Below, piece by piece: positions 12,225-25,196 of a stretch of DNA of 64,000 bases; within the stretch, counting starts at the first letter, position 1, and every line of letters starts with the position of its first letter. The position numbers and the translations under genes were made by a program. Origin of the DNA: Dicyema japonicum (Eukaryota > Animalia > Dicyemida). The stretch spans positions 1,322,350-1,386,349 of the forward strand of contig RDEW01000013.1 in the NCBI GenBank assembly GCA_011109175.1, written 5' to 3'. Below the pieces are notes generated by a model. The model ran no database searches, was not told where the DNA came from, and worked only from the letters and a program-made list of their open reading frames with translations.

Positions 12225-15040
12225 CTTTTATTAAGGAAAGAAAGACTAAACAGTTATATAACGGCTGCCTGATTGCGTGGCGAGCGCATCCTGTTCGTGT
12301 AGCGATCCGATTCCCTAGACGACTAAAGAATTCCAGCTTAGCAGGCGCAAGGGAACCAGAGGTCTCAACGGCGAGTGGGACAAACAAAAAATCCTTGGGT
12401 AGGACCGCGTACATTTCCCGTTTCATCTCGGCTTTCTCAGCGGCAGAACGGGCTCTAGAGGCACTCTGGAGTAGGTTGCAAGAGACAATTGTGTCGGTCT
12501 GGACAAGAGGTTTCCCGATTTCAAAAGGGAAGATTGTCATCCCATCTGGTCGTTTCCCGTCAGCCTGCAAAAACCGACAGGTTCGAGCATGAAAGGGTGT
12601 CCGGCGGCGTCCAAAGCTCGCCTAACGACTTTGTTCAAGGCCATGTGTCTGGGAAATCTAGGTGTGGGCCAAAACAGTCGTTCTGGTCTCCGCATCGGGA
12701 CGGATGTGGAACATAGGCTTTTAATCCTAGTCGCAATGAGATCCCAATACAGACGCATTCATCATCCAGGAAGGTACCCAGAACTCCATTGGGAATGGCG
12801 TTGATAATGGAAGACGCCCCCAACAACAAATAGGCACGGCGATGTTGGCTAGATGACACAAGCAAATCTTTGAAAGAATTCCACCATATAGCATTGTCCA
12901 AGCCCCGCTGAGAGAACGAGGAATGCAGAGAAAGCTGATAAGTGCGGCTCCAGGCCTCACGAGCATGGCGTCCTTGTCAATAGAGAATTCAGATATATGA
13001 TGTAAAATCCTCTTGACATGGGATTTACAGGCCACTAACGATGATAGGTATGAAGGGAGAGAAAGGTCCACAGGGTTCCGAATTCCAAGTCCTCCGAGTC
13101 TCACTGGCGGCGTGGCTTGCTTCCATAAAAAATCCTCGAACTGGACGTTGAAGATACTTTCCGCTGTCGTACGGAAGATCTCGTTAATCTGTACGAGTTG
13201 GGGTGAAATAGAGTGCAGTCCTTAGGGTATATGTAAGCCTCTGTACGTTGAGACTGTTTTTCAGGAGGAATAATGCTGTATGCATGTCAAGTAGACACAG
13301 GCAGTTCTGAGTCTCTCCGAGAAACAGTCGTTTTTCACGTATAGCTCTTCCCATTCATTTATGGTGATTGAGGATCCGAGGAATATAAGTTCTTCATCGA
13401 ATTTGAAAATACTTCAAGGCAGTAAATTCTCGAAACATGACAAAGCTTTTGCTTCTCTTCTGAAAGTCCGCAATTGTAGATTTTGCATTTAGTATAATTT
13501 AATTCCAGTCCAGCTTCCAACAGTGCTGGAATTATCACTTCCAAATCCCGGAAAACAGTATCCGGTGGTCCTCCGAGGACCGCATCATCCAGATACCATA
13601 GGTTGAGGGACGAGCACGGAGGTTTGGTGATTTTCTCTATTGCAAGACAAAAAAATATGGGTCCAAGGAGATCTCCCTGTTGTACTCCAGAATAGGAATG
13701 GATTATGTAATCCCAGAAAAATAAGGATGAAGTTAGGCTGTATGACTGATTCACAAATTCGAAAATATTAGGGCATCTCTTGACACACGCTTCCAGGATG
13801 TTGTCCCTCCTTAGATTATTGATGGCGTTCTTGATGTCCAGTTTGACTAGGACATGTCCCCGAGAATATTCTATACTGCGGTTTATGAATGTCCTCACTG
13901 AATGGACAGCGGCCTCCCATCCCAAGCGAATACCGACGCCTACTTAAGAGGAGTTCAAGAATTTTGTGACGGGTGGAATAGAATGTCTGGAGACAATTTT
14001 AGCAACCAGTCTTCTGAAGACCGCAACTTCTAAAGACCAAAGACCGCAACCCGACCGCAACTGGTCGTACTCCACCTCCCTTCTTATCAAAGGCAATCAA
14101 ATTGGCAAAGAACAGGACATGGCGGATAACTTCGGGAAGAACTCCAGACATGATCAGGTTCATAAGTGTAGTAATTGAATTCGTAAGACGAAGTCCCTGG
14201 TCTCCTACGGACAAAGAGGTTAGATCCTTCAGGTAGCCAGGTCTCATTCCGTCGAGCCCGCCACTGCTACTAGGGGCAAAATTCCGTATTGCGAGGAGAA
14301 CTTCATCGTTTGATGCAATCAGGGGATGGGGGAGCGACTTGCATAGGTTTTGGGGTGGCAGTGAATGCTTGTTCAGTAAAATATTGTAGCCGTCTGGAGT
14401 CGGTTTTCGTGGTCCACTTGAGGAAAGTGCCCTGATGGCTGCGCGGGTGCCACCTTCGAGTAACTTCGACCGGACAGTTCTCTTGAGACGGAGCACTTCG
14501 ACTTCCTCGTTCTGACCACGTGTCTCCCTCGTACGGTTAGAAGCCATGGGACAACTGGGGATGTGGATACCTCCCAAAAAGAACGAATGTTGGTCCTCAT
14601 GGTGGTAGCGAGAGACTCCTTTCCGTGACCATCTCGATCAAGTCCCAGTGCGGAAGGCGCAAAACTGAATAAACACATCCAATCATGTACTGCGTTAGTC
14701 CGGAGGGCATCTTCGACGTTTTGGAAAGGGCCTCCGAGCGACAGGCCGTGCAGCCTTTGTAATCCTCACAGTGATAGTCCGTGAAGAACGTAATTCAGAG
14801 ATGAGACGTATGAATGTTTCAGGGTCCGTGGTTGATGGGTAATTAACAAGAGAGTTAACATTGGCACGGCCAAGGGGAACCTCCCTGCATAGGCCAAGCA
14901 CGCTCGCTGCGGCTTGGGATAGCTTGATACACCCGAGGTGGAAGAAATCTCCACTAGCAGAGCAGAAGATCCCACGCTTCCGAGTTCTAACAAGCCGACA
15001 GGACGAACACATCTCAGTTGACTTGGCTGGTACCTTTTTC
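12225..15040 (-). mobile_element. CRE-clade non-LTR retrotransposon (second family member), near full length, frameshifted, N-terminal PHD finger
   Basis: RT motifs GGVRPVAVG, VKLDIKNA, GVQQGDLLGP and WYLDD; RLE ADGKRPDGMT...PLAVETSG. The N-terminus reads CSSC...FC..SGDFFHLGC. Confidence 0.85.
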
Positions 15041-16326
15041 TAGTGGGAACATTATTTTCAAGTGCTTTTCTCACAACAGGCATAATCACAACAACGACCG
15101 TCCACAACAACACGCGCCCTTCAAAAATTTTTTCTCACTCCGTCTTAATTCAATTACAGACACTCAACACTTGTATGGTAGATTCTACATTTTTGATTTC
15201 TCCCAGTCAACAGCCACCTCCATGATCAAGTGAAGGATGGCAATGGTTTTTATCTATCATTAAGTCAAGTATAGCATCCTTACCACCTATTAAGCACTTA
15301 AAATCGATATATATTGATTAGCAGATGTCGTACATTACATCAAGTCTATTGAGATTTAGTGTGGTTTATAAATGCATGCATTAGTCGAGGGCGGCTTACA
15401 TGTCTATAGATTTATTAAATGGTTTAGAATTATTACGTAATGAGTCAGATTATGCTGATTTTCTCCTATGATTGATTTGCGTTGTATTTTGGTTTTATTT
15501 GCTGATTACTAGACTAGCATAAGTAATCACAGTGCAACTAGTGCTAGGCAAAGGTCTTATGGTTTCGAGTTAGGATCTCGTTGCTGTATATTCTGGCTGA
15601 ACGTTCCTCCTGATTATCTTTAAGGGGTTCTCACAACTACGGTTATGAACGGACTCGTGTGTACTTGGAAAGACTTGTCTCTGGGTGGAAAATGGATATA
15701 AGTATAGTGGTAGTTAATACGCTAATAACAATCATCATAATTTGTAGAAAAAATAGCAAATTCAAACAAACTGCGAAGGTGTGTCGTGGTTGGACAACTG
15801 GAGGAATAACGGGAAATCGTATCGTTTTCTCAAGAAACTGGGACGTTGGCTACAGTCTCGAGCCATGATGTTTGTGAGACTCAATCACGTATTCTGATAG
15901 CGGCTGCAGATAATAAATGACACGTGAAATGAATGACTACTATATCGTTGATCTCTATTGCTGTCGTGAGAGGCGACGGGGATCAATAGTTAAACTTAAT
16001 AAATGAGTAGCCATGTCTCACATAGTTATATGAGACAAAATGCTATTATTATAAGTCTTCATAATAATCTAAATTGCCATACAGCAAAAAGAATTCGTAA
16101 CAATTACCATTCAAGAAGATTCTCTGCATCGGACGACAATTATTTGAACCTATTATCTCAACTAGGTTGGACCTCTCCTGTGTTTGAGAGAAAGGGGGAA
16201 AATAATCGGCAAGACAAAGAGATCTGCCTTTCATTCACTTTTGCACTCCCTGTGCTGGTTGTTTTTTCAGAAGAGGATGAGGCTGATCATCGCTGAAGAA
16301 ATTGAGATAATCCTATCCCAAAACTC

Positions 16327-17200
16327 ATGCAAGCAAACATCAACGATATAAAATTCAAGTTAATTGAACTTTGTCGATTCCAATTCATACACAAAATTGA
16401 AATTTGTCTTCTACAAGAAACGAGGTTGAGCCATTCATCCCCCCTCTCGACTTGTTTCATTATATCTTATTTAAAGAGACAACCGTCCGGTAGAAAAGAA
16501 GGACTCATCAAACTTATCAATGGCAATTTTGTCAACGCACTCCACCCACTGAATAGTCTGCGATCTCCGTACAGATGGAAATTATACTAGTCACGATAAT
16601 ACATTCCCTCAATCAGTTTCCGAACTACGGACCTCATTTTCTCTCTGGTATATCTCAAAATCGTATAAACTTGCTCATATATGAAGATCTAAATGCAAAG
16701 CACGACCAATTCTAAAAACAATTGCAGATGCTAGAGAACTAGTACTAACAAATTTTGATGACCTAGTAATTTTAATCTATTTATTGATGAACACCAGATC
16801 CCTCAACAGTGCCAAAGGTAGTATTACAATGAATCAGGAAGAGACCGAGTTTTGGAAAGTAAAATAGCAAAGGAGCGAGGTAGAAAATTCACGATCTTCT
16901 GAGACAAAAAAGGCATTCTCTCACTTAAATGGAAGACTCTGACGATGCGCTATCCAGAAAACTGATGATGTGCAACGGTCTAAAGATCTACACGTTATCA
17001 CTTTTCCAGAAGCTACAGGAGCTAAAACTGTGAAAAGGATTGAAGATCGAATGAAGTCCCACCCAATCTATCAGAGAAAATATATACGGAAATATCAAAG
17101 AATATGTAACATCTTAACTATCTGTGCGCGATTACACAGATGGATTTAATAGAGATAGTAAGCTTGGTTTGAACAAGCAAGGTCACCAAAATGTTGAAAC
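16327..17200 (+). mobile_element. Decayed LINE AP-endonuclease region
   Basis: MQANIN...EICLLQETRL is an APE N-terminal motif. Downstream sequence is degenerate. Confidence 0.55.
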
Positions 17201-17699
17201 ATGGACTAAAAATAGTGCTAGTGAATGCCCGATCCCTAAGGAAAGGCATAACTCAAAAAAATTCAGGGTGTTGATCCGTGGAGTTTGACACCGGATGGCA
17301 AAAAAAGTTGAGTGCTAATACATTAAAATACTCCGACAAGGAATATTCTTAAGAAATTTAGACGCCTGACTCTCTCAGAAGCAATTCTGTTCATATAATT
17401 GATCTCTTGAATATCTTAGAAAGAACTCAGCGACAATTATGTCGACAGAGATCAAAACTAAATAATTTAATTGGGATAATGCTCACGTCATTCATAAATC
17501 TAAGGAAACCTATCCGTTCTTTACAACCTACCATTTTCGATTCATTTCCTTATCGTTTTTTTAAATGAAATTATTATTTCGAGTCTAGAGTAGAAATGTA
17601 TGATTCAGTTGGCCAACCAGGATATTACTTAAATCATGATAAATTTGAATTAATTAACACCAATTTTTATCCCCGATAAAGAACCGATTATGTTAGTAA

Positions 17700-18570
17700 A
17701 ATGTTACTACTAAACTAAGCAAGTGCCAAGTACATTGTACTTGTCCGCAAGTGCACTGCAGTCTGAAATAACAATATTAATTACATGTTTCACTTGTCTG
17801 CTTGCTGTTTTGAATATATATACCATTTTCCTCCGTATAAAAGTTATTATCTTTGAGATATAAATAAAATTCAGGTGCTTTATGTCTATACTAAATATAA
17901 TATCATACGCCTCTGGAATACCGAATGAATTCCTGCACACGATGACACTATATTATTATCATTAAAAATACTTATAATCGAACATGTCTGACACTAAATA
18001 CTTGAATAACTTTATCTCTCTGGAAAGTACTACATAAATTTGAAAAAAGTGTACACAACTCTAAGTGATGTTAAATGTCCAGCAAAATCGATTGAGACGT
18101 ATACAAGGGAATTACACTCTCAAAATTCCTATTAATTTAATAAATATATAACAAGTCGAATGGAAGATGGAAAAGTATATTTGTTTATATATTTTAAACT
18201 ATCATCTAACCAACAGAAACTATAATAAGTAATATTAATACAATTCTTCACATGCAGTTCAATAACAGAAAAATTGCCAACATATATAATGTTTTGAATA
18301 TTTAATCTATCAATATAAGAATAATTGAGTAGGCCAGAAAGATTACAATTACTCCAAAATCTAAATAATTAATATTTAATACAGATAATTGATCTATATT
18401 TTTACATCTCGACAATTTTTCTGTGTCAAAATGCCGAATGGAAGGGATAGGATGATGAAATTGAACATCTATAGGATAAATACCAAAATGATGAATATAC
18501 TAGTAACCACAAGAAATTAAAATTATTACATAAATTAAAGTCGTTATAATTAATAATAATTTTATTAAAT
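17700..18570 (+). pseudogene. Possible decayed leucine-rich-repeat protein gene
   Basis: KCQVHCTCPQVHCSLK resembles an LRRNT cap and VKCPAK an LRRCT cap. Many stops and frameshifts lie between them. Confidence 0.25.
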
Positions 18571-18869
18571 AAACTATTTGATAAATAAAGAAAATTAAAA
18601 AATAATTTAATAAAATTCACTTAATATACAGGGTTTTCCGATTTGTGTAATTACTTTACCATGAAGTTTGATAATTTGCCAAAATTACTAATATCTTTGC
18701 CAAAATGTTCAATAATTTTGTCAAAATGTTTAAAAATTGTGTCATAAAGTTTAATAACTTTTGAATAATGTTAATTACAAAATGAGAATATAATTTTAAA
18801 GTGAATTCTGAAGAAAAATAAATGTTGCTATACAAGGACAGTGTAATGATTATACGGGTTCTATTTTCA

Positions 18870-19560
18870 AATACGGAATTTAAATCTGTGTTGTCTCAGA
18901 GCGCATTGCAAATTTAAAACGCACATTGGAACTCCATAAGCTTATTCATTATAATCAATTCTCTTGTTTATTTGAAGCTATTCTTTGTTATCCAACAGCT
19001 AAAATTGTCCTATTTCTATATAGGAATTAAGATATGCGGATGACCTGATTTTGTTTTCGAGGAATCAATTATATCAGCATTGATCTTAAACATGCTGCTG
19101 TTGGGAGAGTTGTCCCTGAAATGAACAAAGAAAAACAGACTTAGTACAATCAAATTGGTATGATGAGATTTAGAGGATAGCAAAAAAAGTGGTTTTTGCA
19201 TGACGATTTGTAAGAGGTTCAACAAAGAAAGATATTCTCAACAATAGCACTGAATAGACAAAAATCGGCATTTCTGAGATCGTTCATGTTACAAGACAAG
19301 TAAAGTACGACTATACAATACTTTCGTCTTTTCCATACTTCTCTACATCTCGGAACGTGGGAACTAACTCGGACATGTTTTGATAACCTAAATGCTTTCC
19401 AAAGAAAACAACTAAGGACTTCATACACTATCCAATCGTGATAAAAACGAAACTTAAACACAGCTTGAAGTCGGAGCATCTGAATAAAATTATTACAAGA
19501 ACATCGATCTAAAACATGCTAAAATAGCATTAGTCGACGCTAATGATGAACAAAGTCTCC
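18870..19560 (+). mobile_element. Decayed RTE-type RT fragment
   Basis: Contains LRYADDLILF and aligns by eye with 27180-27870. Confidence 0.65.
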
Positions 19561-20099
19561 GAAAATCGTTATCTTGTAAGAGCGTGGAGATGTCTAACAA
19601 CCGGATTATCTGAGGGTGGTTCTTGGACGATTGAATCATTGGAGAAAGCCCTGAGAATGTCTGTTAAAAGTAACTACGATATCCCTACCGTAAAATTAGG
19701 TCATATTTTTATTTGATAGTAAAATTAGGTCAACCGTTGAAGTGATTATATATATTATATGATGACAATAGATGCATTAGTGTCATACTTTTATTCGGAA
19801 CCAAATGTGGATACCATTAGTGGATACTTTCCTTGCTCTTATTCTTTGTAACTATCAGGAACCGTGGAGGTATGGACATATTCCTTAATGATCTAGACAT
19901 ATTCCTTAATGAACTAAATGTTTGTTTTTGAAAAAAAGTTCCTGAGAGCAATGAGAATTGAAGAAGACTTGTCTCAAACGACTGGCAGTTATTCAACGAA
20001 TATTGGTTGAGTTTTTATTTATGTGACGAGATTGGCAATTTTCTGACGATGGATATGTAAATAGCAGCCTCGTTCGGTCTCTGTACTGTTGCTATACTG

Positions 20100-21000
20100 T
20101 TGCTAGACTTTTCGTTTATGAAAAATTCAAATAATAGTAATGGAAACGTCTCAGTTGTGGTTAATGTTACAGATAAAAGCCTTAGAAATAACTAGGTTGC
20201 AAATATAATTTCTGACTTGGATTCTGCGGCTGTGCCCAAAGTGAACCGACGTTTTACAAGGGACTTTATATTCTGCTTTAACAGCTCAGAAGATGCTAGC
20301 TTATTTGAATGGGATCTCAATGCAAAGTTGTCTTTTGGGGATAATGGACACGAACATAGACGAACTAAGTTGCCACCTTCGTAAATTGTATTAAAAAATT
20401 TACCAACGTGGTAGAACTTGAAGAGCTTAATGAATTCCTCTCTACAATTATATCTTCAGAGTTCATTATTAAAAGATTTGCAAAAACTTGCAGAAAGATT
20501 ACCTATGGCAAAACTAATAATAGAAAACTGTGGAGAAGCTCAGTCTTTAATTAGACTTGGTTTTAAAATTGGTTTCTCACAAGTCACTGCTGAATGGTTT
20601 AAAAAACCTGAACTCCAATGCTTTCGCTGCCAGTTATTCGGTCATATTGCGCGTTTTTGCAGAAACGTTGAAAGATGCTTGATTTGCTCAGGAAACCAGA
20701 GAAGGTCGGAGTGTCAATTTGACTCAAAGAACGGTAAAATTCATTATCTGTGGAGCAACTAATTACTTGGCTAACTACGGAAGTTGCTCTTGTGCAAAAA
20801 CAGCTAATAAACTCAAGATAGAAAAAATTCTTGTTTCAAAGTAAACCTCGCATTGAAAGTGTTGCTAAATGATGTAATGTTCCAGGAAGATCGGTGACAA
20901 TAAAAATTCGACCAAGTTAACACGAACAGAATGAAATCCGATCACTCCTAAGATTACGACCTCGGATCTTGGAATGCAGACGGCTGGTCCAACTTGACAG
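20100..21000 (+). mobile_element. LINE ORF1 (gag-like) remnant
   Basis: QCFRCQLFGHIARFC..VERCLICSG are CCHC zinc knuckles (ORF 20418-20762). Confidence 0.7.
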
Positions 21001-21465
21001 TGGATCCCTACACAGTCAGTAAGTTAATCAGCGAATCCAAAAGATCCGAATGACGAGAAGAGCCCACGGTGGACAGAAATATTCAGGAAGAGGAACGTTT
21101 TCACAATATTGTTGAACAATTATCTAAAAATATTAAAACATGACAAGATCGAAGAAGAATGCTATGTTTTACTTGGCCTGGTTACCCTCCTAAGAAAAGA
21201 GGACAGCCACCAAATAAATATGGAAAGAGGAGATTTTTTCTCAGCATATAAATAAATTAATGAATTGGGGGCAATGTAGTTTGCTTCGTTATATAAAAAT
21301 TTGAAAGGAAAAATGAGACGATGTTGAGATTCACAAGATTCTTACCGTCTTAAAGAGAGGATCAAGTCTATAAAAAGAGTATTGATCGAAGTATCAAAAA
21401 GTTTTGAACAAGATAGATGGAGGAGAGAATGCTCCAGGCTCTATCGTAATAATCCTGTCGGGCTT

Positions 21466-21755
21466 AAGTGGCTTAGGTTACGGGTTCGATTCTCGCTGCT
21501 GTTCACCTGATGGAAGGTTCCGCGCATCTACGATGCAGAAAGGGTTTGACGAGTGACGCCGTCATCAGTGGATACTCACTGCGGAATTGAATTGTTTAGA
21601 AAGGACCCACACACAAGAAAAAAAAGAAGTGAAGATCATTCCTTGGTTCTACGATTAGTTAAAAATTAACTGTTCTTTACTTAAATAAAGTGTGTGTCCT
21701 GGCTATGCGGAGCTATAAATACTATGGCTCTCGTGAAAAAAATTAAAAAAAATAA
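21466..21755 (+). mobile_element. tRNA-headed SINE family B, 5'-truncated copy
   Basis: About 90% similar by eye to 55110-55405. Has B box GGTTCGATTC and an A-rich tail. Confidence 0.85.
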
Positions 21756-21776
21756 ATTGTTGAGATTTTTCGAAAA

Positions 21777-22110
21777 CCGCGTGGCGCCATGTGGTGGTGC
21801 GTGGTTAATTGGTAAGTTTTTTGCTTGCTTGTCTCTTCCTCTTCTCTCTTCCTATTATAGTGGCGTCATGTGTTCCACCTGTCTAGGTGACGCCCAGTGC
21901 CAGGCGGGAACGAAAAAGGATCATTTGCTCTCCCGCACTCCACTGGAAGGGTTTCCACAACTGATATTGTGAAAGTTCAAGATCGTCTAACCTTTTATGT
22001 TGATTCCGGATAGACTCTTTCTGTAGAAGTGGAAACTGGATACACTTAATTAGTTGTTTACTTTAACTTTTTTCTCGGTGTGTCCGGCTTAATAAATAAT
22101 AAAAATAAAT
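21777..22110 (+). mobile_element. SINE-like family A, copy 2
   Basis: Alignable with copies at 191-513 and 56190-56493, with a TAATAAATAA tail. Lies directly after SINE B. Confidence 0.8.
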
Positions 22111-22619
22111 CTCAGTTTCTAATTCATACTGATCTGCCCTACGTTATTTCCTTACTATTCTTCCGATCAACGTGAAACAGCAACTAAATAGCGTCATGTC
22201 ACTACAGGATATTCTGAGATGGGAATGTCTGGAGAATGTAAGAACTTGTCGTAAGAAACATAGTAAACTGATGCTTACCAAGGAAAACCAAGATCTTTTA
22301 ATAAAATCTATTTTAGATTGAAGTTTTAGTATTTTTATGTGAGAGTTTTAGTCATTTTGTGCGAATGGTGAAGCTGCTATGTGAACGTAAACTGCATTCT
22401 CTCCTCGTTGGGGACTGGGGAAACAGTTAATGAGTTTGATGAATCTGTTGCGCTGGCTGTATCTTCAGAATATTCAGAATTATTCACGGAGTAGTCGACG
22501 ATCGATTTATCCAGAGAAAGAATCGCACCTTAAAAGGCGATTATCGTCTCGCATTTGTATAATTCGTAGAGACCCGTTTTCTATATTCTTCTGACAGTGG
22601 ATGCTTAAGATTGTCCACA

Positions 22620-23400
22620 GCTAATTTCCGTGTTGATTATTTTTTAACAATCCAAGACCGCGTTAAACCAAGCTAATTATCACGTGATCCAGATGCATAG
22701 AAACAACGACCTCATCTTTACACCGTGTTCTTGTCTAGAAACAACGACCTCACAACGTACAGAACAGCTGACTGATTTTTCTTTGATCTGGAGTCTAGTC
22801 TCATGAGGGCTTCCAGAAACGTATATTTGGTTCGGTAATCTCCACAAATCCAAAGTTTCGTTACTCTGAAAGCCTTTTTTGTATTTCCTCGATCTTCCTT
22901 TTATTGACGGTCTCTCGAGCCGCATGCATATGAAGAAATTGCTCGATACTGCCTTTACAAGTTCATTAGGAGCGGGTGATTACTACTCTTCCATATTCCC
23001 GATAAACATTTTAATACTTTCAGTTTTTTCTCGCATTTCAAAAGAATGTTAACTAAGTGAGGTGTCAGACAGAGTCCATAACAAGTATCACACCCAAAGT
23101 CCCTTAACATCTGTTTAAAGGGATGACTTTTCCATTTTTTTATTTCACCTACGTTCATAAGAGCCGTTCAGTTCCTTGCAAAAATTCGCAATTTTCCATT
23201 TTTTGGTGTCAGAGTATCAAGTTACATGCTTCTTATATCATTTAAAAGTATTTGTATGTCAATCAACACAAGTGACGAGGTAACGCACTTGACTTAAAGT
23301 TAATTTTCCTAAGATAGGCCCTTCATGAAACATTTGAATGAGTACCCAGGATGTAGATTTTATGTTAGTTATGTCCTTTTTGATACAAATTCAATACGCC
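22620..23400 (-). mobile_element. LINE RT C-terminal/3' fragment (Jockey/I group)
   Basis: LTPHLVNILLKCEKKLKVLKCLSG is a typical post-RT segment. The 3' motif GGATCACGTGATAATTAG lies near 22680. Confidence 0.55.
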
Positions 23401-23544
23401 TGATTTTACCGTACCGTAATTCCTTTCAGTCGCTGTTGAAACGCTTAATCCATTCCAACACCATGTTCTTAACTTCCAGATAAGTTACAAGTAAATTAAG
23501 TATCATGTAGATTATTTTCCCTTGATGAGGGCAAATGAGAAGAA

Positions 23545-23800
23545 ATACGAAGTGCTACGCGACCGATTTGCGTTCTACCCCATTGTTGTTGAGATGACTG
23601 GAGGAATAAGTATGAAATTGTTTCGTTTCATAAAGAAGTTTGGACGCCTAGCTACACTAAAAAGCCACGACGCATGAGACCCGGAGGTTTTTCCAGATGA
23701 TCTATGTTGCAATGTTCAGAGGCAACGGAACGTCGGTAATGTCGGTTGGGACCACGTTTGATAGATTTTTGTGTTAATTAATTTATTAATTTCGTAATTT
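23545..23800 (+). mobile_element. CRE-like RLE C-terminal fragment
   Basis: EKKYEVLRDRFAFYPIVVEMTGG matches the K..KY..L...F.P..vE..G end of the RLE domain. Confidence 0.6.
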
Positions 23801-24300
23801 CCTTCGTTAACGGTAATAAATCGAACAATGAAAAAAACTTGTTGAAAGAATTATAGACAATTTTGCCAGTTGTTCTTTCATTCATAAAAATAATAGCAAA
23901 TAATCTTCCTTGACAGTTATATCATGGAAGATTAAACGGAAAAATACACATAGTTTCGCGATATCAATCGTATCGTTTCGTTAAAACTCAATCGATTGCG
24001 ATCGACCGGTTGGCCCCTGATGTAGATGAATCAACTTTTTTAGTGTCCTATGTCAGCTGATACAGAAACAAGATACAATTGCTAATTGGTATTTTAAACT
24101 GTCGGATAAATTTTGACTTTTCTTAGAGTTTATTTTCATTAATGAATTTTTCTTTGTGTTTTTTAATCATTTTCTATTACTGACATCTTGGCACACATCT
24201 GCACGATTATCAAATAAATATAAAAATTTTTAAAAATATATTTGAATAAAAACTGAGAAATAAAAATATTTAAGACATGCCAACATGGCCGAGCGGTCTA

Positions 24301-25196
24301 TTATTATTAATCCCAGGCTCAGAATCTATCATATCAACCTGTGCAAAGAAGATCAATTTTGTAAAAGCCTTCCTTTGGAACTGTGGAGGAATTTATCCGC
24401 CAGGTATCGGGACCCTCTACAAGCAGTATGTCGAGCCAACAATAGGCTATGCATGTGCTGCATGTGGATCTAACCTGTCGGCAACGAACCTAACAAAAAT
24501 TCAAGAGATCCAGTCAAGAGCAATAAAATCCTGGAAAAATATACAGATAAAGAAATTGCCCCCAGAGCACTCGAGTCGATCATAGAGGCAACTGGAGGCA
24601 ATTTTAAAAGAGGAGGGGAAAAAGACCCCCGTCTGTATAGAAAATGTGTGGGATCACGGTCGGAGTATGGAGAAAAAATGGCCCGATTATTAAGAGATGC
24701 CGGGATCACCTGAATATTAGTTAGTGGTTAAGACGGTGTTTCTTTGGCTTAAATAATAATAATCTCAGGCTTGCCATTGTAAGCCTAGCACAAACAATCA
24801 TAACTAACTAATCCAAGGAAAGAACCATAGAAAGAACATCTGCTTGTGCCCATCGAATCCATCTTCCAATCTTCATTACAGGCTTCCGCTTCCGAAGAGA
24901 GGTGGGGAAGTAGGTCCACCCTCTTACATTTTTGTCCCACGTCCTACCGTCGCGAACATCATTTCATTCTTTAGCGGAATAGTTTTCATAATGCAATCTT
25001 CATCAGAGGATTTGGTCACGGAGAAAGGTAGGAAGATCCCTTTTAACTACTTTGTCGTGCCAGAAGGACTCGTCGCCTCACGAGTGGGATCTGGTTGACA
25101 GGATTTGACCTTCGCTGAAAGCTCCATTTTTCGGATTCGAATCCACGACCTTCAGATCAGATGTCATCAGACGTTAACTTTCAGCCAGAAGGCCCC
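24301..25196 (-). mobile_element. SINE-like family C inserted in tRNA-Leu
   Basis: 5-bp TSD GTCTA (24296-24300 / 25197-25201). The head has the B-box-like GGATTCGAATCC and the tail is (TAA)n at 24301-24309. Confidence 0.7.
24320..24759 (+). mobile_element. 5'-truncated LINE 3' fragment nested in SINE C
   Basis: 12-bp TSD with one mismatch, TAATCCCAGGCT (24308-24319) / TAATCTCAGGCT (24760-24771). Encodes VEPTIGYACAAC and has a (TAA)n tail. Confidence 0.8.

Noticed and set aside
12200-15060. Sequence-specific (e.g. spliced-leader gene) targeting by the CRE elements
   Set aside because: No TSD or shared flank was detected between the two near-complete copies in this window.
17300-17560. Tc1/IS630-like DNA..H motif
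   Set aside because: A single broken motif with no other catalytic residues or TIRs identified.
21805-21860. SINE A as an intron-generating element or SL-RNA derivative (GGTAAGT followed by a pyrimidine tract and TAG in copy 2)
   Set aside because: The GTAAGT is not conserved in the other two copies and no Sm site is evident.
21840-21925. Canonical HDV-like ribozyme in SINE A
   Set aside because: P1/P2/P3-like pairings exist, but the loop is too short and there is no G after P1 for P1.1 nor a clear catalytic C segment. Kept only as a generic pseudoknot candidate.
24961-25010. CTGATGA...GAAA (minus strand) in SINE C as a hammerhead or C/D box
   Set aside because: Stem II and the closing stems do not pair convincingly.
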